A stretch of DNA of 64,000 nucleotides, taken from Opitutales bacterium. GTDB lineage: Bacteria; Verrucomicrobiota; Verrucomicrobiia; Opitutales; UBA2987. The position numbers were made by a program, and so were the translations under genes. Numbering within the stretch: position 1 is the first letter of the stretch; every line of letters begins with the position of its first letter. Below are positions 20,188-31,510 of the stretch, in pieces. The notes under the pieces were generated by a model. It saw nothing but the letters and a program-made list of their open reading frames with translations, ran no database searches and had not been told where the DNA came from. The stretch is from positions 448,001 through 512,000 of the forward strand of contig CBDDEL010000013.1 of NCBI GenBank assembly GCA_965226885.1, given 5' to 3'.

Positions 20188-20335
20188 GATTTCGTCCGGA
20201 TTTCTAGCTAAATTAACCATTCCAGAATTTCTTCCAATCCGTGAATACAACTCAAACCACTCTCAATGGTGAATGAGGGGTGCTTTTTAAATAAGCAATA
20301 AACGTATATATAAATAATGGGATTGGGATTGCGGC

Positions 20336-21622
20336 GTGGCAAAAATTTTCACACATTATGGCCTTATTAAAACCTGGAAAATAAGGCATTCGAATAAGTA
20401 TTTGCGGGGGGCGGTATTATTATTAACCGGCTCCATTTGCCTGTATTGGCCGTCTGCCCAGGCGGTTTCACCGGAAGCCGAATCTCGTTCCCGGCGTTAC
20501 GTGGAAAAGGGCAAGGAGTTGGCCGATGTGGGGGATGCCCAAGGCGCTATCTTTGATTTCACGGAAGCCATCAGGGTCGATCCGGAAAATACCCAGGCCT
20601 ATATCATGCGAGGCAAGACCCGTTATAAACAGGGCAATACCGACGGGGCTATCTACGATTTTACCGAGGCAATTGAAGTGGACGCCCGCCAGGACCTGGC
20701 TTTTTTCGAGCGCAGCAAGGCTAATATCAAAAAATACGATTGGGAGGGAGCAATCGAAGACCTGGCCGAGGCGATCCGACTGAAACCGGGCCATTCGCCC
20801 TACCATTTGGCCCAGGCGAGCCTGCGCAGCAAGCGAAAGAATTATGCCGGAGCGGTCGAAGATTATGACCGGGTGCTCGATTTATTGCGCCAGGGCGTCC
20901 GTGACACCAGGACTAACCCAGCTCTGGATGTGGTTTCTCTGACTTTGCTCAGGGGCAGGGCAAAATTTTTTGCCGGGGATTCGGAAGGGGCGCTGCGCGA
21001 TATTAACAAAGCTATTAAGCAAGACCGCCGGTTTTCCCTCGCCTACCAAATCCGGGCCGATGTGAAATTCGCCCAGGGCCTCTACGATAGCGCTTTGGTC
21101 GATTTCGGAAAAGCCATCAAGATGAATCGCAATGCAGCCGGAAATTATTTCTCAAGAGGATTACTTTATTATTCCCAGGATAAGCTGCCGGAAGCCCTGG
21201 CAGATATCGACAAAGGATTGCGCCTGGCCAAGCAAAGCGAGGGTAGGGACTATGCCCGCCTCTGGAAGTGGATGATGCGCGCACGATTGGGTGAACTGGA
21301 AAAGGCCAACAAAGCGCTGATCCTGCAATTGGCGGACCGTTCCGAAGAATCCATGGGCGATTGGTATGAAAAAATAGCCCGGTTTGCCCTGGGCCAGGAT
21401 AGCGAAGAGTCTTTATTTAAGACAGCCGCCAATGAGGACCCCATCACGGAACGGGAACAATTCTGCGAAGCTTATTTTTATGCCGCCCAATGGCATCTGC
21501 TGAACCGGAAAAAGGAAAAAGCGGTGGAATTACTGGAACATTGCCTGGATACGGGAATCGTCGATTTTTATGAATTTAAAATTGCCCGTGGACAACTGAA
21601 CGACCTCCGTGAGGAAGGGTAA
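20336..21622 (+). CDS. Exported tetratricopeptide-repeat protein with NlpI-like C-terminus
   Basis: Repeated GAIxDFTEAI TPRs; terminal CEAYFY...FYEF motif; start uncertain. Confidence 0.8.
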   Translation: MAKIFTHYGLIKTWKIRHSNKYLRGAVLLLTGSICLYWPSAQAVSPEAESRSRRYVEKGKELADVGDAQGAIFDFTEAIRVDPENTQAYIMRGKTRYKQGNTDGAIYDFTEAIEVDARQDLAFFERSKANIKKYDWEGAIEDLAEAIRLKPGHSPYHLAQASLRSKRKNYAGAVEDYDRVLDLLRQGVRDTRTNPALDVVSLTLLRGRAKFFAGDSEGALRDINKAIKQDRRFSLAYQIRADVKFAQGLYDSALVDFGKAIKMNRNAAGNYFSRGLLYYSQDKLPEALADIDKGLRLAKQSEGRDYARLWKWMMRARLGELEKANKALILQLADRSEESMGDWYEKIARFALGQDSEESLFKTAANEDPITEREQFCEAYFYAAQWHLLNRKKEKAVELLEHCLDTGIVDFYEFKIARGQLNDLREEG

Positions 21623-21661
21623 ATCCTCCATCCAAACGAAGTTTAAGTTCCTGGTAAAAGT

Positions 21662-22189
21662 TTAGCGGTTTTTTGGGCGGAATACTTTGATTACCGACTC
21701 GTTGCTCTCCAGGTAATCGCCCTCGATCAAATCGATGCAGTAGGGAATGGCGGGAAAAACAGCCTCCAGGCACTCCCGGATGGCCTTGGGTTTGCCCGGC
21801 AAGTTGAGAATCAGGCAGCGGCCTCGAATACCCGCAGTTTGTCTCGAAAGGATGGCCGTGGGGACATAGCGTAATGAGGTTGCCCGCATCCATTCGCCGA
21901 AACCGGGCAGCATTTTTTGACAAACGTCCTCGGTCGCCTCCGGGGTGACATCGCGGTAAGCCGGGCCGGTTCCGCCGGTAGTTACGATGAGGCAGCATCC
22001 TCGATTGTCGGCAAAGTCGATGAGGGTTTTTGCAATGAGAGGCTGTTCATCCGGAACCACGGCGTACTCCGGCTCCCAGGGCGTTTTCAGGTATTCGTTG
22101 AGCAGGGCAACGACGGCTTTTCCGGGTAAATCTTCATAGACACCCGCGCTGGCCCGGTCGGATATGTTGACGATTCCGATTTTTGTCAT
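21662..22189 (-). CDS. mog: Molybdopterin adenylyltransferase
   Basis: ISDRASAGVYED, TTGGTGPAYRDVTPEAT, ILSRQTAG, NLPGKPKAIREC. Confidence 0.95.
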   Translation of the reverse strand: MTKIGIVNISDRASAGVYEDLPGKAVVALLNEYLKTPWEPEYAVVPDEQPLIAKTLIDFADNRGCCLIVTTGGTGPAYRDVTPEATEDVCQKMLPGFGEWMRATSLRYVPTAILSRQTAGIRGRCLILNLPGKPKAIRECLEAVFPAIPYCIDLIEGDYLESNESVIKVFRPKNR

Positions 22190-22424
22190 GCTTGTGAATT
22201 GTGGCAGCAAGGCTAAAGAGACAACCCTCTTTTTCCCACACGAATACCGGAATTGAATTTAAATACCGGAATCTGTCTTCAAAGCGTCAATTAGGGTACT
22301 TTTGAAAACCTTGGTATTTTTTCTTGATTTCCAAATTTAAAAACATAAATTCTCGCATTTTCAGGTATTTGTTCCGCCCGCCCCCTAACTATTTAAAAGC
22401 TGGAAAATCGATTGTTGCCCAACT

Positions 22425-23852
22425 GTGTCAGCCAATAACCTCAAAAGTTTAACAAGTCTCCAGGGTGATCGGCTTCCTGTCAAAAGTGAGCGTGACGGCC
22501 ACCGCTCTATAGAGATTAAAAAAGGTCTCAATCTGCCCATCATGGGTGAGCCGGAGCCAATCCTGGAGGATGCCCCCAAAGTCGGCATGGCTGCCGTTAT
22601 TGGGACCGACTATCTCGGGTTGAAGCCCACCATGGCGGTTGCAGAGGGGGACAGGGTCAAGCGGGGCCAGCTACTCTTTACGGACAAAAAAAATCCGGAA
22701 GTGGGCTATACGGCACCCGCTGGTGGAACGATTACCGCCATTCACAGGGGTGATAGAAGAGCCCTCCTCTCGGTGGAAATCGCAGTGGGGGACGTGGAGG
22801 AAGAAGAAACCTTCGCCTCCTATGAGGCGAATCGGCTCGCTACTCTTTCCGCCCAGGAAGTCAAAGCCAACCTGCTGGCTTCCGGTCTTTGGACGGCATT
22901 GCGAACGAGACCATTCAGCAAGGTCCCATCACCGCAAACGGAGCCCCATTCCCTCTTTGTCAATGCCATGGACACGAATCCGATGGCTATCGACCCGATG
23001 TTCGTCATCGATAAACGGAAGAGTGATTTTATCAATGGACTTACGGCGCTTTCCAAACTGACCGGCGGCAAACTCTACCTCTGCGGCAAAGCGGGAGACG
23101 ACATTCCCGGCAAGGAACTCGATTTTGTCAGTTGGGCGGAATTCAAGGGCCCTCATCCTGCCGGTTTGGCCGGGACGCACATACACTACCTGGATCCGGT
23201 CAGCGCCCATAAAACCGTCTGGCATGTGAACTACCAGGACGTTCTCGCCATGGGCAAACTGTTCACCACCGGCAAGCTTGATGTGGAGAGAATCATTTCC
23301 CTGGCCGGGCCCATGATAAAGCGTCCCCGGTATCTGCGCACCCGGCTGGGAGCCAGCGTTAAGGAAATCGTCAAAGGCGAATTAGCGGAAGAGGATGTCC
23401 GCACCATTTCAGGCTCAGTTTTATACGGGCACAGGGCGGCCGGAGCGCATGCTTTTCTAGGCCGCTACCATTTGCAAATCAGCGCCATCAGGGAAAATCC
23501 GGAGAGGCTGTTTCTCGAATGGCATCGGCCTGGATTCGACCGGTTTTCGGTAAAACGGACTTTTATATCAAATATTTTTCGCGGAAAGAAGTTCGCCTTC
23601 ACCACTTCGAAGGAGGGAAGCGACCGCGCCATGGTCCCGATCGGCACCTATGAAAATGTGATGCCTCTGGATCTGGTCATAACTTTTCTCCTGCGCGCCC
23701 TCATCGTGGCAGACACGGACCAGGCGCAAGCCCTCGGCTGCCTGGAGCTGGATGAGGAAGATTTGGCCCTGTGCACCTTTGTCTGTCCCGCGAAATACGA
23801 TTTTGGCCCCATCCTGAGGCAAAACCTCACCACTATTGAAATTGATGGCTGA
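22425..23852 (+). CDS. nqrA: Na+-translocating NADH:quinone reductase subunit A
   Basis: [31 protein letters not shown]; start uncertain. Confidence 0.95.
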   Translation: MSANNLKSLTSLQGDRLPVKSERDGHRSIEIKKGLNLPIMGEPEPILEDAPKVGMAAVIGTDYLGLKPTMAVAEGDRVKRGQLLFTDKKNPEVGYTAPAGGTITAIHRGDRRALLSVEIAVGDVEEEETFASYEANRLATLSAQEVKANLLASGLWTALRTRPFSKVPSPQTEPHSLFVNAMDTNPMAIDPMFVIDKRKSDFINGLTALSKLTGGKLYLCGKAGDDIPGKELDFVSWAEFKGPHPAGLAGTHIHYLDPVSAHKTVWHVNYQDVLAMGKLFTTGKLDVERIISLAGPMIKRPRYLRTRLGASVKEIVKGELAEEDVRTISGSVLYGHRAAGAHAFLGRYHLQISAIRENPERLFLEWHRPGFDRFSVKRTFISNIFRGKKFAFTTSKEGSDRAMVPIGTYENVMPLDLVITFLLRALIVADTDQAQALGCLELDEEDLALCTFVCPAKYDFGPILRQNLTTIEIDG

Positions 23853-23861
23853 CCTGATATT

Positions 23862-25070
23862 ATGAAGTTTTTAAGAAATTTTCTGGACGGTCTTCATCCC
23901 CATTTCAGCAAAGGCGGAAAGTTTTCCAAACTCTATCCGCTGTACGAGGCCGCAGATACTTTTCTCTATTCTCCCGGCCATGTTACCGAAGGCCACACGC
24001 ACGTGCGCGATGGGCTGGATCAAAAGCGGCTCATGATCACCGTGGGGGTGGCCCTGGGTCCCTGCGTCCTCATGGCCCTATACAATACAGGCTACCAGGC
24101 AAACCTGGCCATGGCCGAAATGGGTATTGGGCAAGCGCCCGGATGGAGGGGACTGGTCATGCAATTTTTGGGCATGGATTATGATTCTCAAAACCTGTTG
24201 TCCAATATACTCCACGGCTCGCTCTATTTTGTACCCGTATTTCTGGTCTGCAATATTGTCGGCGGTCTTTGGGAGGTTCTTTTCGCGTCCGTCCGGGGTC
24301 ACGAAATCAATGAAGGTTTTCTCGTTACCGGATTGCTTTTCCCTCTGACCCTGCCGGGCACCATTCCACTCTGGCAGGTTGCTCTGGGAATCAGTTTTGG
24401 GGTGGTCATAGGGAAAGAAATTTTCGGTGGAACGGGGAAAAATTTTCTCAATCCCGCCCTTACCGCGCGCGCCTTCGTCTTTTTTGCCTACCCGGCCCAG
24501 ATGAGCGGCGATGCCATCTGGACCGCGGTGGACGGTTTCAGCGGGGCCACACCGCTCGGGTTGGTGGCGGCGGAGGGAATGGACGCCCTCACTGCCACCA
24601 TCACATGGAATCAGGCTTTTGTCGGTCAAATCCAGGGATCGATGGGGGAAACCTCGACCATTGCCTGCCTTTTGGGAGCGGCCTTTTTACTCTATACCGG
24701 GATCGGCTCCTGGCGTATCATGCTCTCCGTTCTGATCGGCGCTGTTTTAACGTCCTCCCTGCTTTATTTTGCGGGCAGCGAGACGAATCCCATGTTCCAG
24801 ATGGACCCCGCCTGGCATATGGTATTGGGAGGGTTTGCCTTTGGCCTGGTATTCATGGCGACCGACCCTGTTTCCGCCTCCATGACCCAAACCGGCCAAT
24901 GGTTCTATGGATTTTTGATCGGATTCATGGTCATTCTCATCCGCGTCATCAATCCTGCCTTTCCCGAGGGCATGATGCTTTCGATTTTATTCGGGAACGT
25001 TTTTGCTCCTGTCATTGACTACGTAGTGGTACAAGCTAGTATTAAGCGCAGGAGGTCGAGAAATGGGTAA
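23862..25070 (+). CDS. nqrB: Na+-NQR subunit B
   Basis: [30 protein letters not shown] site [12 protein letters not shown]. Confidence 0.97.
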   Translation: MKFLRNFLDGLHPHFSKGGKFSKLYPLYEAADTFLYSPGHVTEGHTHVRDGLDQKRLMITVGVALGPCVLMALYNTGYQANLAMAEMGIGQAPGWRGLVMQFLGMDYDSQNLLSNILHGSLYFVPVFLVCNIVGGLWEVLFASVRGHEINEGFLVTGLLFPLTLPGTIPLWQVALGISFGVVIGKEIFGGTGKNFLNPALTARAFVFFAYPAQMSGDAIWTAVDGFSGATPLGLVAAEGMDALTATITWNQAFVGQIQGSMGETSTIACLLGAAFLLYTGIGSWRIMLSVLIGAVLTSSLLYFAGSETNPMFQMDPAWHMVLGGFAFGLVFMATDPVSASMTQTGQWFYGFLIGFMVILIRVINPAFPEGMMLSILFGNVFAPVIDYVVVQASIKRRRSRNG

Positions 25071-25839
25071 CGATACGATCAGAAAAACTCTATTGATCGC
25101 CGGGCTGCTTTCTCTTATCTGTTCGGCCTTTGTTTCCAGCTCGGCCGTATTTTTGAGGCCCAACCAGGCCAGAAACAAGGATTTGGACCGCAAGAAAAAC
25201 ATCCTCATGGCAGCCGGTCTTTACGAGAAGGGGAGGGCGGTGGAGGAACTTTTCCAGAAATTCGAGATCCGGGTGGTCGAACTGGCCACCGGTCAATACG
25301 ATGAGAATTTCGACGCCACCACCTTCGATCAGCGGAAGGCTGCGCGCAGCGCGGAGATGGGGTTGGAAATCACTAGAAAGATGGACTTGGCCGGAATCAA
25401 GCGCAGGTCCCGCTACGCCCCGGTTTACATCTCCAGAGACGATAAGGGGACATTTCAGCAATTGGTGCTGCCGGTCCACGGCAGGGGTTTGTGGTCCACC
25501 ATGTATGGCTTTATCGCTCTGGATGCGAACTTGACCACGATCAATGGTTTTGCCTTTTATGAGCACGGAGAAACCCCCGGCTTGGGCGGTGAAGTCGATA
25601 ACCCCGACTGGAAGGCCCAGTGGGTGGGGAAAAAGGCCTTTGACGAGGCGGGCCGCATCGGAATCAAGGTTCTCAAGGGCAAGGTGAACCCCCAAAGCCC
25701 CAACGCCCAATATGAGGTGGACGGCTTGTCGGGGGCGACCATCACCACTCGAGGGGTGGATGCGCTGCTGCACTACTGGCTGGGAGAAGAGGGGTTTAAA
25801 CCATTTTTAATCCAATTACGAAAAGAGGAAGGTTTATAA
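25063..25839 (+). CDS. nqrC: Na+-NQR subunit C
   Basis: [22 protein letters not shown] site SGATIT. Confidence 0.97.
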   Translation: MGNDTIRKTLLIAGLLSLICSAFVSSSAVFLRPNQARNKDLDRKKNILMAAGLYEKGRAVEELFQKFEIRVVELATGQYDENFDATTFDQRKAARSAEMGLEITRKMDLAGIKRRSRYAPVYISRDDKGTFQQLVLPVHGRGLWSTMYGFIALDANLTTINGFAFYEHGETPGLGGEVDNPDWKAQWVGKKAFDEAGRIGIKVLKGKVNPQSPNAQYEVDGLSGATITTRGVDALLHYWLGEEGFKPFLIQLRKEEGL

Positions 25840-25845
25840 TTTAAT

Positions 25846-26469
25846 ATGGCTGATAAACCTTCAAAAGTTTTCATCGATCCCTTTTTCAACAGCAACCCCA
25901 TTGCCCTGCAGGTGCTCGGCATCTGTTCGGCCCTGGCCATCACCTCCAAGCTGGAAACCGTCTTCGTGATGGCAGCCGCCGTCACCATAGTCAACGGCTT
26001 GTCCAATGCCAGCGTCAGCCTGATCCGCAACCACATACCCAACAGCATCCGCATCATCGTGCAGATGACCATAATCGCATCGCTCGTCATCGTGGTGGAC
26101 CAGGTGCTCAAGGCCTACTCTTACGAAATCAGCAAACAACTCTCCATCTTTGTTGGCTTGATTATTACCAACTGCATCATCATGGGTCGGGCGGAGGCCT
26201 TTGCCATGAAGGAACCGGTCGGGTTGAGCTTTTTGGACGGCATCGGCAACGGCCTCGGTTACAGCCTGATCCTGGTGGTGGTGGGTGTCATCCGCGAGTT
26301 GTTCGGGTCGGGCCGGCTGCTCGGCCATGTTGTGCTGCCACTTTCGACGGAGGGAGGCTGGTATGTATCCAACGGGCTGCTCCTGCTGCCGCCCAGCGCC
26401 TTTTTTATCATCGGTTTATACATCTGGGTTCTGAGGACCTGGAAACGCGAACAGTTGGAGGAGAATTAA
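25846..26469 (+). CDS. nqrD: Na+-NQR subunit D
   Basis: [24 protein letters not shown]. Confidence 0.97.
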   Translation: MADKPSKVFIDPFFNSNPIALQVLGICSALAITSKLETVFVMAAAVTIVNGLSNASVSLIRNHIPNSIRIIVQMTIIASLVIVVDQVLKAYSYEISKQLSIFVGLIITNCIIMGRAEAFAMKEPVGLSFLDGIGNGLGYSLILVVVGVIRELFGSGRLLGHVVLPLSTEGGWYVSNGLLLLPPSAFFIIGLYIWVLRTWKREQLEEN

Positions 26470-26476
26470 ACAGTCC

Positions 26477-27088
26477 ATGATCGAATCTTTTCTCAGCCTG
26501 TTTTTGACCGCCGTATTCGTCGAGAATATGGCGCTGGCATTTTTCCTCGGCATGTGCACCTTCCTGGCCGTTTCCAAAACCATAGAAATGGCTTTTGGTT
26601 TGGGGTTGGCCGTCATAACGGTGTTGACCCTCACTGTTCCGGTCAACAACCTCATTTTCCAGTATATCTTGCAGGAGGATGCGCTGGCCTGGGCCGGAAT
26701 TACGGGAATCGACCTGAGCTTCCTCGGGTTGATCTGCTATATCGGTGTCATCGCCGCTATGGTGCAGATTCTGGAAATGACTTTGGACAAGTTTTTCCCC
26801 GCCCTCTACAATGCACTGGGTATCTTTCTGCCCCTCATTACTGTCAATTGCGCCATTCTTGGCAGTGTTCTTCTCATGGTCGAGCGCAACTACAACTTCG
26901 CCGAGAGCGTGGTTTTCGGGTTTGGTTCGGGCTTCGGCTGGGCCATCGCCATCGTGGGGCTGGCCGGAATCCGTGAGAAGCTCAAATACAGCGATATCCC
27001 CGTGGGATTAAGGGGGCTAGGCATCACCTTTATCACCGTTGGTCTAATGTCCCTGGCCTTTATGGCCTTTTCCGGGATTCAGCTCTGA
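26477..27088 (+). CDS. nqrE: Na+-NQR subunit E
   Basis: [28 protein letters not shown] end. Confidence 0.97.
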   Translation: MIESFLSLFLTAVFVENMALAFFLGMCTFLAVSKTIEMAFGLGLAVITVLTLTVPVNNLIFQYILQEDALAWAGITGIDLSFLGLICYIGVIAAMVQILEMTLDKFFPALYNALGIFLPLITVNCAILGSVLLMVERNYNFAESVVFGFGSGFGWAIAIVGLAGIREKLKYSDIPVGLRGLGITFITVGLMSLAFMAFSGIQL

Positions 27089-27101
27089 ATGGGTTTAAAT
27101 T

Positions 27102-28920
27102 AGAGGCTGTCCCAAAAATATAAAGATTTTATAGTCAACTGGATGACGTTGATAAAAAGAGCCGGAAAGAGCAAGTTTTTGCTCGATCCGGCCAAAAAAG
27201 GGTTCTATAATTGAGTTAGCGAAAATCAATATAGCCCTTTCTATGAAAAATATAGCCATCCAATGCCTCCTGCGTCCAGCTTTAACTGTGGTCGACCGGT
27301 GCCTCGATTACGATAACTTCCGCGCCACCATTGATCGAATCGATCGGCTGCTGATCGACTCGGAGGTGGAATCGCAGGCCATTGAGCTGGCCTTGGAGGG
27401 GTGGCCGCCAATGGGTCTAAAGGCCCGGCGGCAGCGGGCCAGTTTTGCCATCAAGGCACTGCGCATGGATACGTTGGGCCGTCTGCTCGGAGGGATTTCG
27501 TTTCGGCATTTGTCGCGGGCTCTGGGCAGCAGCGATCTGTTGGCCGACTTTTGCCGTGTCCGGCAGATCGATGGCATCAGGGGCATCTCCAAAAGCACCC
27601 TGGAGCGGGCCTCGAAGTTTTTCAGCGAAGAGCAGTTGAGGGCCTTGCACCGGACCTTGACTGAGGTGGTGGGCGATGCCCTTCTGGCCCGGCAGGTGGG
27701 ATTGGACAAGCCGATTGACACCACCATTTGCCTGATCGACGGCACCTGTTTGGAGGCTAACATTCATTGGCCGACGGACTGGGTATTACTCAAGGATGTA
27801 GCCGGCACGTTGCTCAAAGCGATCCGGCTGATCCGCGAGAAGGCCGGTTTGCGCCATCGCATGCCGATCGAACCGGAGCCCTTGGCTCGGCAGATGAATC
27901 GGCTGTGCATACAGATGACCCACAGCCGGCGGCGAAAGGACAGCGCGCGGCAGCGCAAGGGTATCTTGAGGCAGATGAAAAAGCTGCTCAAACGGATCGG
28001 GGAGCATGCCCGCAGTCACCGGGAATTATTGCAAGCCTGCTGGGAGCAAGGCGATTACAGCGAAAAACAGGTCCAACAGATCCTCGCCCGGATGGAGCGC
28101 ATGAGCGAGCAAATCCCGGTGGTCATCAAACAGGCGCACGAGCGGATCATTGGCGGCCGCCAGGTGAAAAACGCAGAGAAAGTCTTGAGTGTTTACGAAC
28201 TCGATGGGCAGGTGATTGTGCGAGGTAAAGCGGGCCAAGAGGTCGAGTTCGGCAACACCCTGTTTTTGGGAGAAAGCGTTGAAGGGTACCTGCTGGACTG
28301 GAAACTCTACGGCAGCCGAACTCCAAGCGAAAATGAACAAATGCAAGAGAGTTTGCAAAGACAGAACCGCTTCAACCTGGAAGAACCCATAGCGGCCATG
28401 TGCGCGGACCGGGGATTTGCCTCCCAGCGGGCCCGCCGGCAGTTAGCCCAGGAGGGAATCTACGACGCGCTCTGTCCACGCGATCCGAAGCAGTTGAAAA
28501 AACGGATGGAGGAACCACTGTTCAGACAATTGCAAAAGCGCCGGGCCAGCACCGAAGGGCGGATCGGGGTATTGAAGAATCGCTGGCAGGCCGGGCGGTT
28601 GCGCAGCAAAGGCTTTGCCAACCGCTCGATCAGCGTAGCCTGGTCGGTACTCTCGCACAACCTATGGAAAGTAGCCAAGATGCTGGCCCAGCAAGACGAA
28701 CTAAAAACCAAAGCGGCGGCCTAGAGAGCGGAAAAGCAAGGACAATACTTTTTCACAGCCTTACTGTCGGCTCATACAAAGAAAACCAGGCAACCGGACC
28801 CCAAAACCAGTATCCTAACGTCATAGGAGAGCAAAGTTGATACTCTCCCAAATGCAAATACCTCTAAAATGAGCGCCTATCAAAAGCCCTCGCAAAAATC
28901 ACCCTTTTGGGACAGCCTCC
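27102..28920 (+). mobile_element. ISNCY/IS5-like insertion sequence between nqrE and nqrF
   Basis: IRs gaggctgtcccaaaa (27103) / ttttgggacagcctc (to 28919); flanking duplication aaatt(a) at 27097 and 28921; exact end ambiguous by 1 bp. Confidence 0.9.
27243..28724 (+). CDS. DDE transposase (ISNCY/IS5-like)
   Basis: IDGTCLEANIHWPTD, RGKAGQEVEFG, CADRGF, RASTEGRIGVLK. Confidence 0.9.
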   Translation: MKNIAIQCLLRPALTVVDRCLDYDNFRATIDRIDRLLIDSEVESQAIELALEGWPPMGLKARRQRASFAIKALRMDTLGRLLGGISFRHLSRALGSSDLLADFCRVRQIDGIRGISKSTLERASKFFSEEQLRALHRTLTEVVGDALLARQVGLDKPIDTTICLIDGTCLEANIHWPTDWVLLKDVAGTLLKAIRLIREKAGLRHRMPIEPEPLARQMNRLCIQMTHSRRRKDSARQRKGILRQMKKLLKRIGEHARSHRELLQACWEQGDYSEKQVQQILARMERMSEQIPVVIKQAHERIIGGRQVKNAEKVLSVYELDGQVIVRGKAGQEVEFGNTLFLGESVEGYLLDWKLYGSRTPSENEQMQESLQRQNRFNLEEPIAAMCADRGFASQRARRQLAQEGIYDALCPRDPKQLKKRMEEPLFRQLQKRRASTEGRIGVLKNRWQAGRLRSKGFANRSISVAWSVLSHNLWKVAKMLAQQDELKTKAAA

Positions 28921-28952
28921 AAATTAATGGTGGAACACTGCCGGTAAAAAAA

Positions 28953-30185
28953 ATGATTTTTGAAATTTTCATGGGGTTGGTCACTTTTACAACCGTCGTG
29001 CTGTCTTTGGTGGTCATTACCCTGATCGCCAAAGCGATGCTGGTGCAAAGTGGAGATATCACCATCTCGATCAATGGCGATCCCAGCAAATCGCTTACCG
29101 TACCGGCCGGAGGGAAGCTTCTGACGGCCCTGGCGGGTGAAAAAATATTCATTTCCTCGGCCTGTGGAGGCGGTGGCACCTGTGGCCAATGCACAGTGAA
29201 AATTACCGAGGGGGGAGGCGATATCCTGGCTACCGAACTCTCCCAAATCACTAAACGCGAGGCGCGCGAGGGGATGCGCCTCTCCTGCCAGGTAGCCGTC
29301 AAGCAGGATATGAAAATCGAGGTCCCGGCGGAGGTCTTCGAGATCAAGAAATGGAATTGTAAAGTGCGCTCCAACCTCGACGTGGCCACCTTTATCAAGG
29401 AGCTTGTGTTGGAACTTCCGCCGGATGACGACCTGGATTTCCGGGCCGGGGGGTTTATCCAGATCGAATGTCCCCCCCACGAGCTCAGTTATGAAGAATT
29501 TGACATCGACGAGCAATACAAGCCGGATTGGGATCAATTCAACCTCTGGCGTTATCGTTCCAAGGTCGATGAAACGGTGGTGCGGGCCTATTCCATGGCC
29601 AATTATCCGGAAGAAAAGGGCATTGTTATGCTCAATGTCCGCATTGCCACGCCTCCGCCGCGAGGCCCGGAGGGGATCCCCCCGGGGAAAATGTCATCCT
29701 ATATCTACAAACTCAACCCAGGGGACGATGTCACAATATCTGGGCCGTTCGGGGAATTTTATGCCAAAGAAACCGATGCCGAGATGATATTTGTCGGCGG
29801 CGGCGCCGGCATGGCCCCCATGAGGTCGCATATTTTCGACCAGCTCATACGTCTAAATTCAAAAAGAAAGATCACTTTTTGGTACGGCGCCCGCAGCCTG
29901 CGGGAAATGTTTTACACGGAAGATTACGACATGCTCCAGCGTGAGCATGAAAATTTCACTTGGCACGTGGCCCTGTCCGAACCCCTGCCGGAGGATAATT
30001 GGGAGGGCTACACCGGTTTCATTCACCAGGTTCTCCTGGAAAATTACCTCAAAAACCATCCCGCCCCCGAAGATTGTGAGTATTATATCTGCGGCCCTCC
30101 AATGATGCTTACCGCCGTCCTGAAAATGCTTGATGACCTCGGTGTTGAAGAGGAGAATATCCTTTTTGATGACTTCGGGGGTTAA
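28953..30185 (+). CDS. nqrF: Na+-NQR subunit F
   Basis: [12 protein letters not shown] 2Fe-2[31 protein letters not shown] end; start set at ATG28953 outside the IS. Confidence 0.97.
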   Translation: MIFEIFMGLVTFTTVVLSLVVITLIAKAMLVQSGDITISINGDPSKSLTVPAGGKLLTALAGEKIFISSACGGGGTCGQCTVKITEGGGDILATELSQITKREAREGMRLSCQVAVKQDMKIEVPAEVFEIKKWNCKVRSNLDVATFIKELVLELPPDDDLDFRAGGFIQIECPPHELSYEEFDIDEQYKPDWDQFNLWRYRSKVDETVVRAYSMANYPEEKGIVMLNVRIATPPPRGPEGIPPGKMSSYIYKLNPGDDVTISGPFGEFYAKETDAEMIFVGGGAGMAPMRSHIFDQLIRLNSKRKITFWYGARSLREMFYTEDYDMLQREHENFTWHVALSEPLPEDNWEGYTGFIHQVLLENYLKNHPAPEDCEYYICGPPMMLTAVLKMLDDLGVEEENILFDDFGG

Positions 30186-31224
30186 ATCGCTTGTTTTCCC
30201 GCTCTGCGGTTTGGCCCTGCTTTTGATATTCGGGGGCTGCGGCAAATCTCCTCACGAAACAGTTGCCGTCCGGCCATTGATTTTCTCCGGCCCCACCATG
30301 GGAACTTACTATCGGGTTACCCTTGCCGCCGAGCCCGCCGATTTTCCCCACGATAAAATAAAAGCGGTCATTGAAGACAGGCTGGACGACATAAACGCCA
30401 AAATGTCAACCTATAGGGCTGATTCCGAGCTTTCCCGCTTCAATCAATATAGGGGGACGGATTGGTTTCCGGTATCCGGGGATACCGCCACAGTCGTTAC
30501 CGAGGCGTTGCAAATCCATCGGCTTACCGGTGGCGCTTTCGACATTACGGTTGGGCCGCTGGTCAACCTTTGGGGATTCGGGCCGCCGGAAAAAAGAACC
30601 GAGCCTCCCGCCCAAGATAAAATTGAGAGCGCCCGCGACAAGATCGGCTCGCAACACTTACAGGTTCGCCCCTCTCCACCGGCCCTCAAAAAAGACATCG
30701 GCGATCTCTATGTAGACCTTTCCGCAATTGCCAAAGGCTACGCCGTCGATGCCGTGGCCAAATCTCTGGAATCCATGGGGATTGTCGATTTTATCGTCGA
30801 TATCGGTGGCGACATGCTGGCCAAAGGCCGAAAAAAGGATAGCTCCTTTTGGAAAATTGCCATTGAAAGCCCGATCGTTGAGGATAGAGAAATTCAGCGC
30901 GCCATCGGGGTCAGTAATTTGGCGGTGGCGACTTCGGGGGATTACCGGAACTATTTTGAAGCGAACGGGCAGAGGTATTCCCATGAGATCGATCCGCGAA
31001 CTGGCTGGCCCATCCGCCATGCCCTGGCCTCTGTCACGGTTCTGGACCCTTCCTGTATGCGTGCCGACGCCTGGGCCACGGCCCTCATCGTTCTGGGTCC
31101 AGTAGAAGGTTTTAAAATGGTTGAAAAAAGAAACCTAGAGGCCTATTTTATCATCAAAGGAGAAGATGGATTCCTTGAAAAGGAAACAAGAGGCTTTAAA
31201 CAGATGTCCATTAACCGGCCATAA
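30169..31224 (+). CDS. apbE: FAD:protein FMN transferase
   Basis: Lipobox [53 protein letters not shown]. Confidence 0.95.
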   Translation: MTSGVKSLVFPLCGLALLLIFGGCGKSPHETVAVRPLIFSGPTMGTYYRVTLAAEPADFPHDKIKAVIEDRLDDINAKMSTYRADSELSRFNQYRGTDWFPVSGDTATVVTEALQIHRLTGGAFDITVGPLVNLWGFGPPEKRTEPPAQDKIESARDKIGSQHLQVRPSPPALKKDIGDLYVDLSAIAKGYAVDAVAKSLESMGIVDFIVDIGGDMLAKGRKKDSSFWKIAIESPIVEDREIQRAIGVSNLAVATSGDYRNYFEANGQRYSHEIDPRTGWPIRHALASVTVLDPSCMRADAWATALIVLGPVEGFKMVEKRNLEAYFIIKGEDGFLEKETRGFKQMSINRP

Positions 31225-31233
31225 GGCAGAATT

Positions 31234-31443
31234 ATGATCTACGTTGTCACCCTTTGCATCTTTCTCATCGTCATCGCCGTCATGTCGGTGGGGGTGATAT
31301 TCGGCAAACGTGAAATCAAGGGAAGCTGTGGCGGGGTGGGAGGATGCGAGCTTTGCGGCGACGAAGGCGATAATAAAATAGATCCCATTAGCGGTTGCAA
31401 GGAGCAGGAACGGGTTGTTGAAACTCAAAAATCAGTAACTTGA
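31234..31443 (+). CDS. nqrM: Na+-NQR maturation protein NqrM
   Basis: TM helix then MSVGVIFGKREIKGSCGG...CELC; position after apbE. Confidence 0.88.
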   Translation: MIYVVTLCIFLIVIAVMSVGVIFGKREIKGSCGGVGGCELCGDEGDNKIDPISGCKEQERVVETQKSVT

Positions 31444-31510
31444 CCGGTTCGTCATTGAATCGTTTTTTTGGCCCTGCATCCCGCATAGATTTGCCCAATA
31501 TATTGTTGGC

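Noticed and set aside
22243..22272. Direct repeat aataccggaat x2 in the mog/nqrA divergent region
   Set aside because: Could be an operator, but two copies with no assignable regulator is too weak to call.
28869..28952. N-terminal extension of NqrF
   Set aside because: It begins inside the IS right end; ATG28953 gives a normal NqrF.
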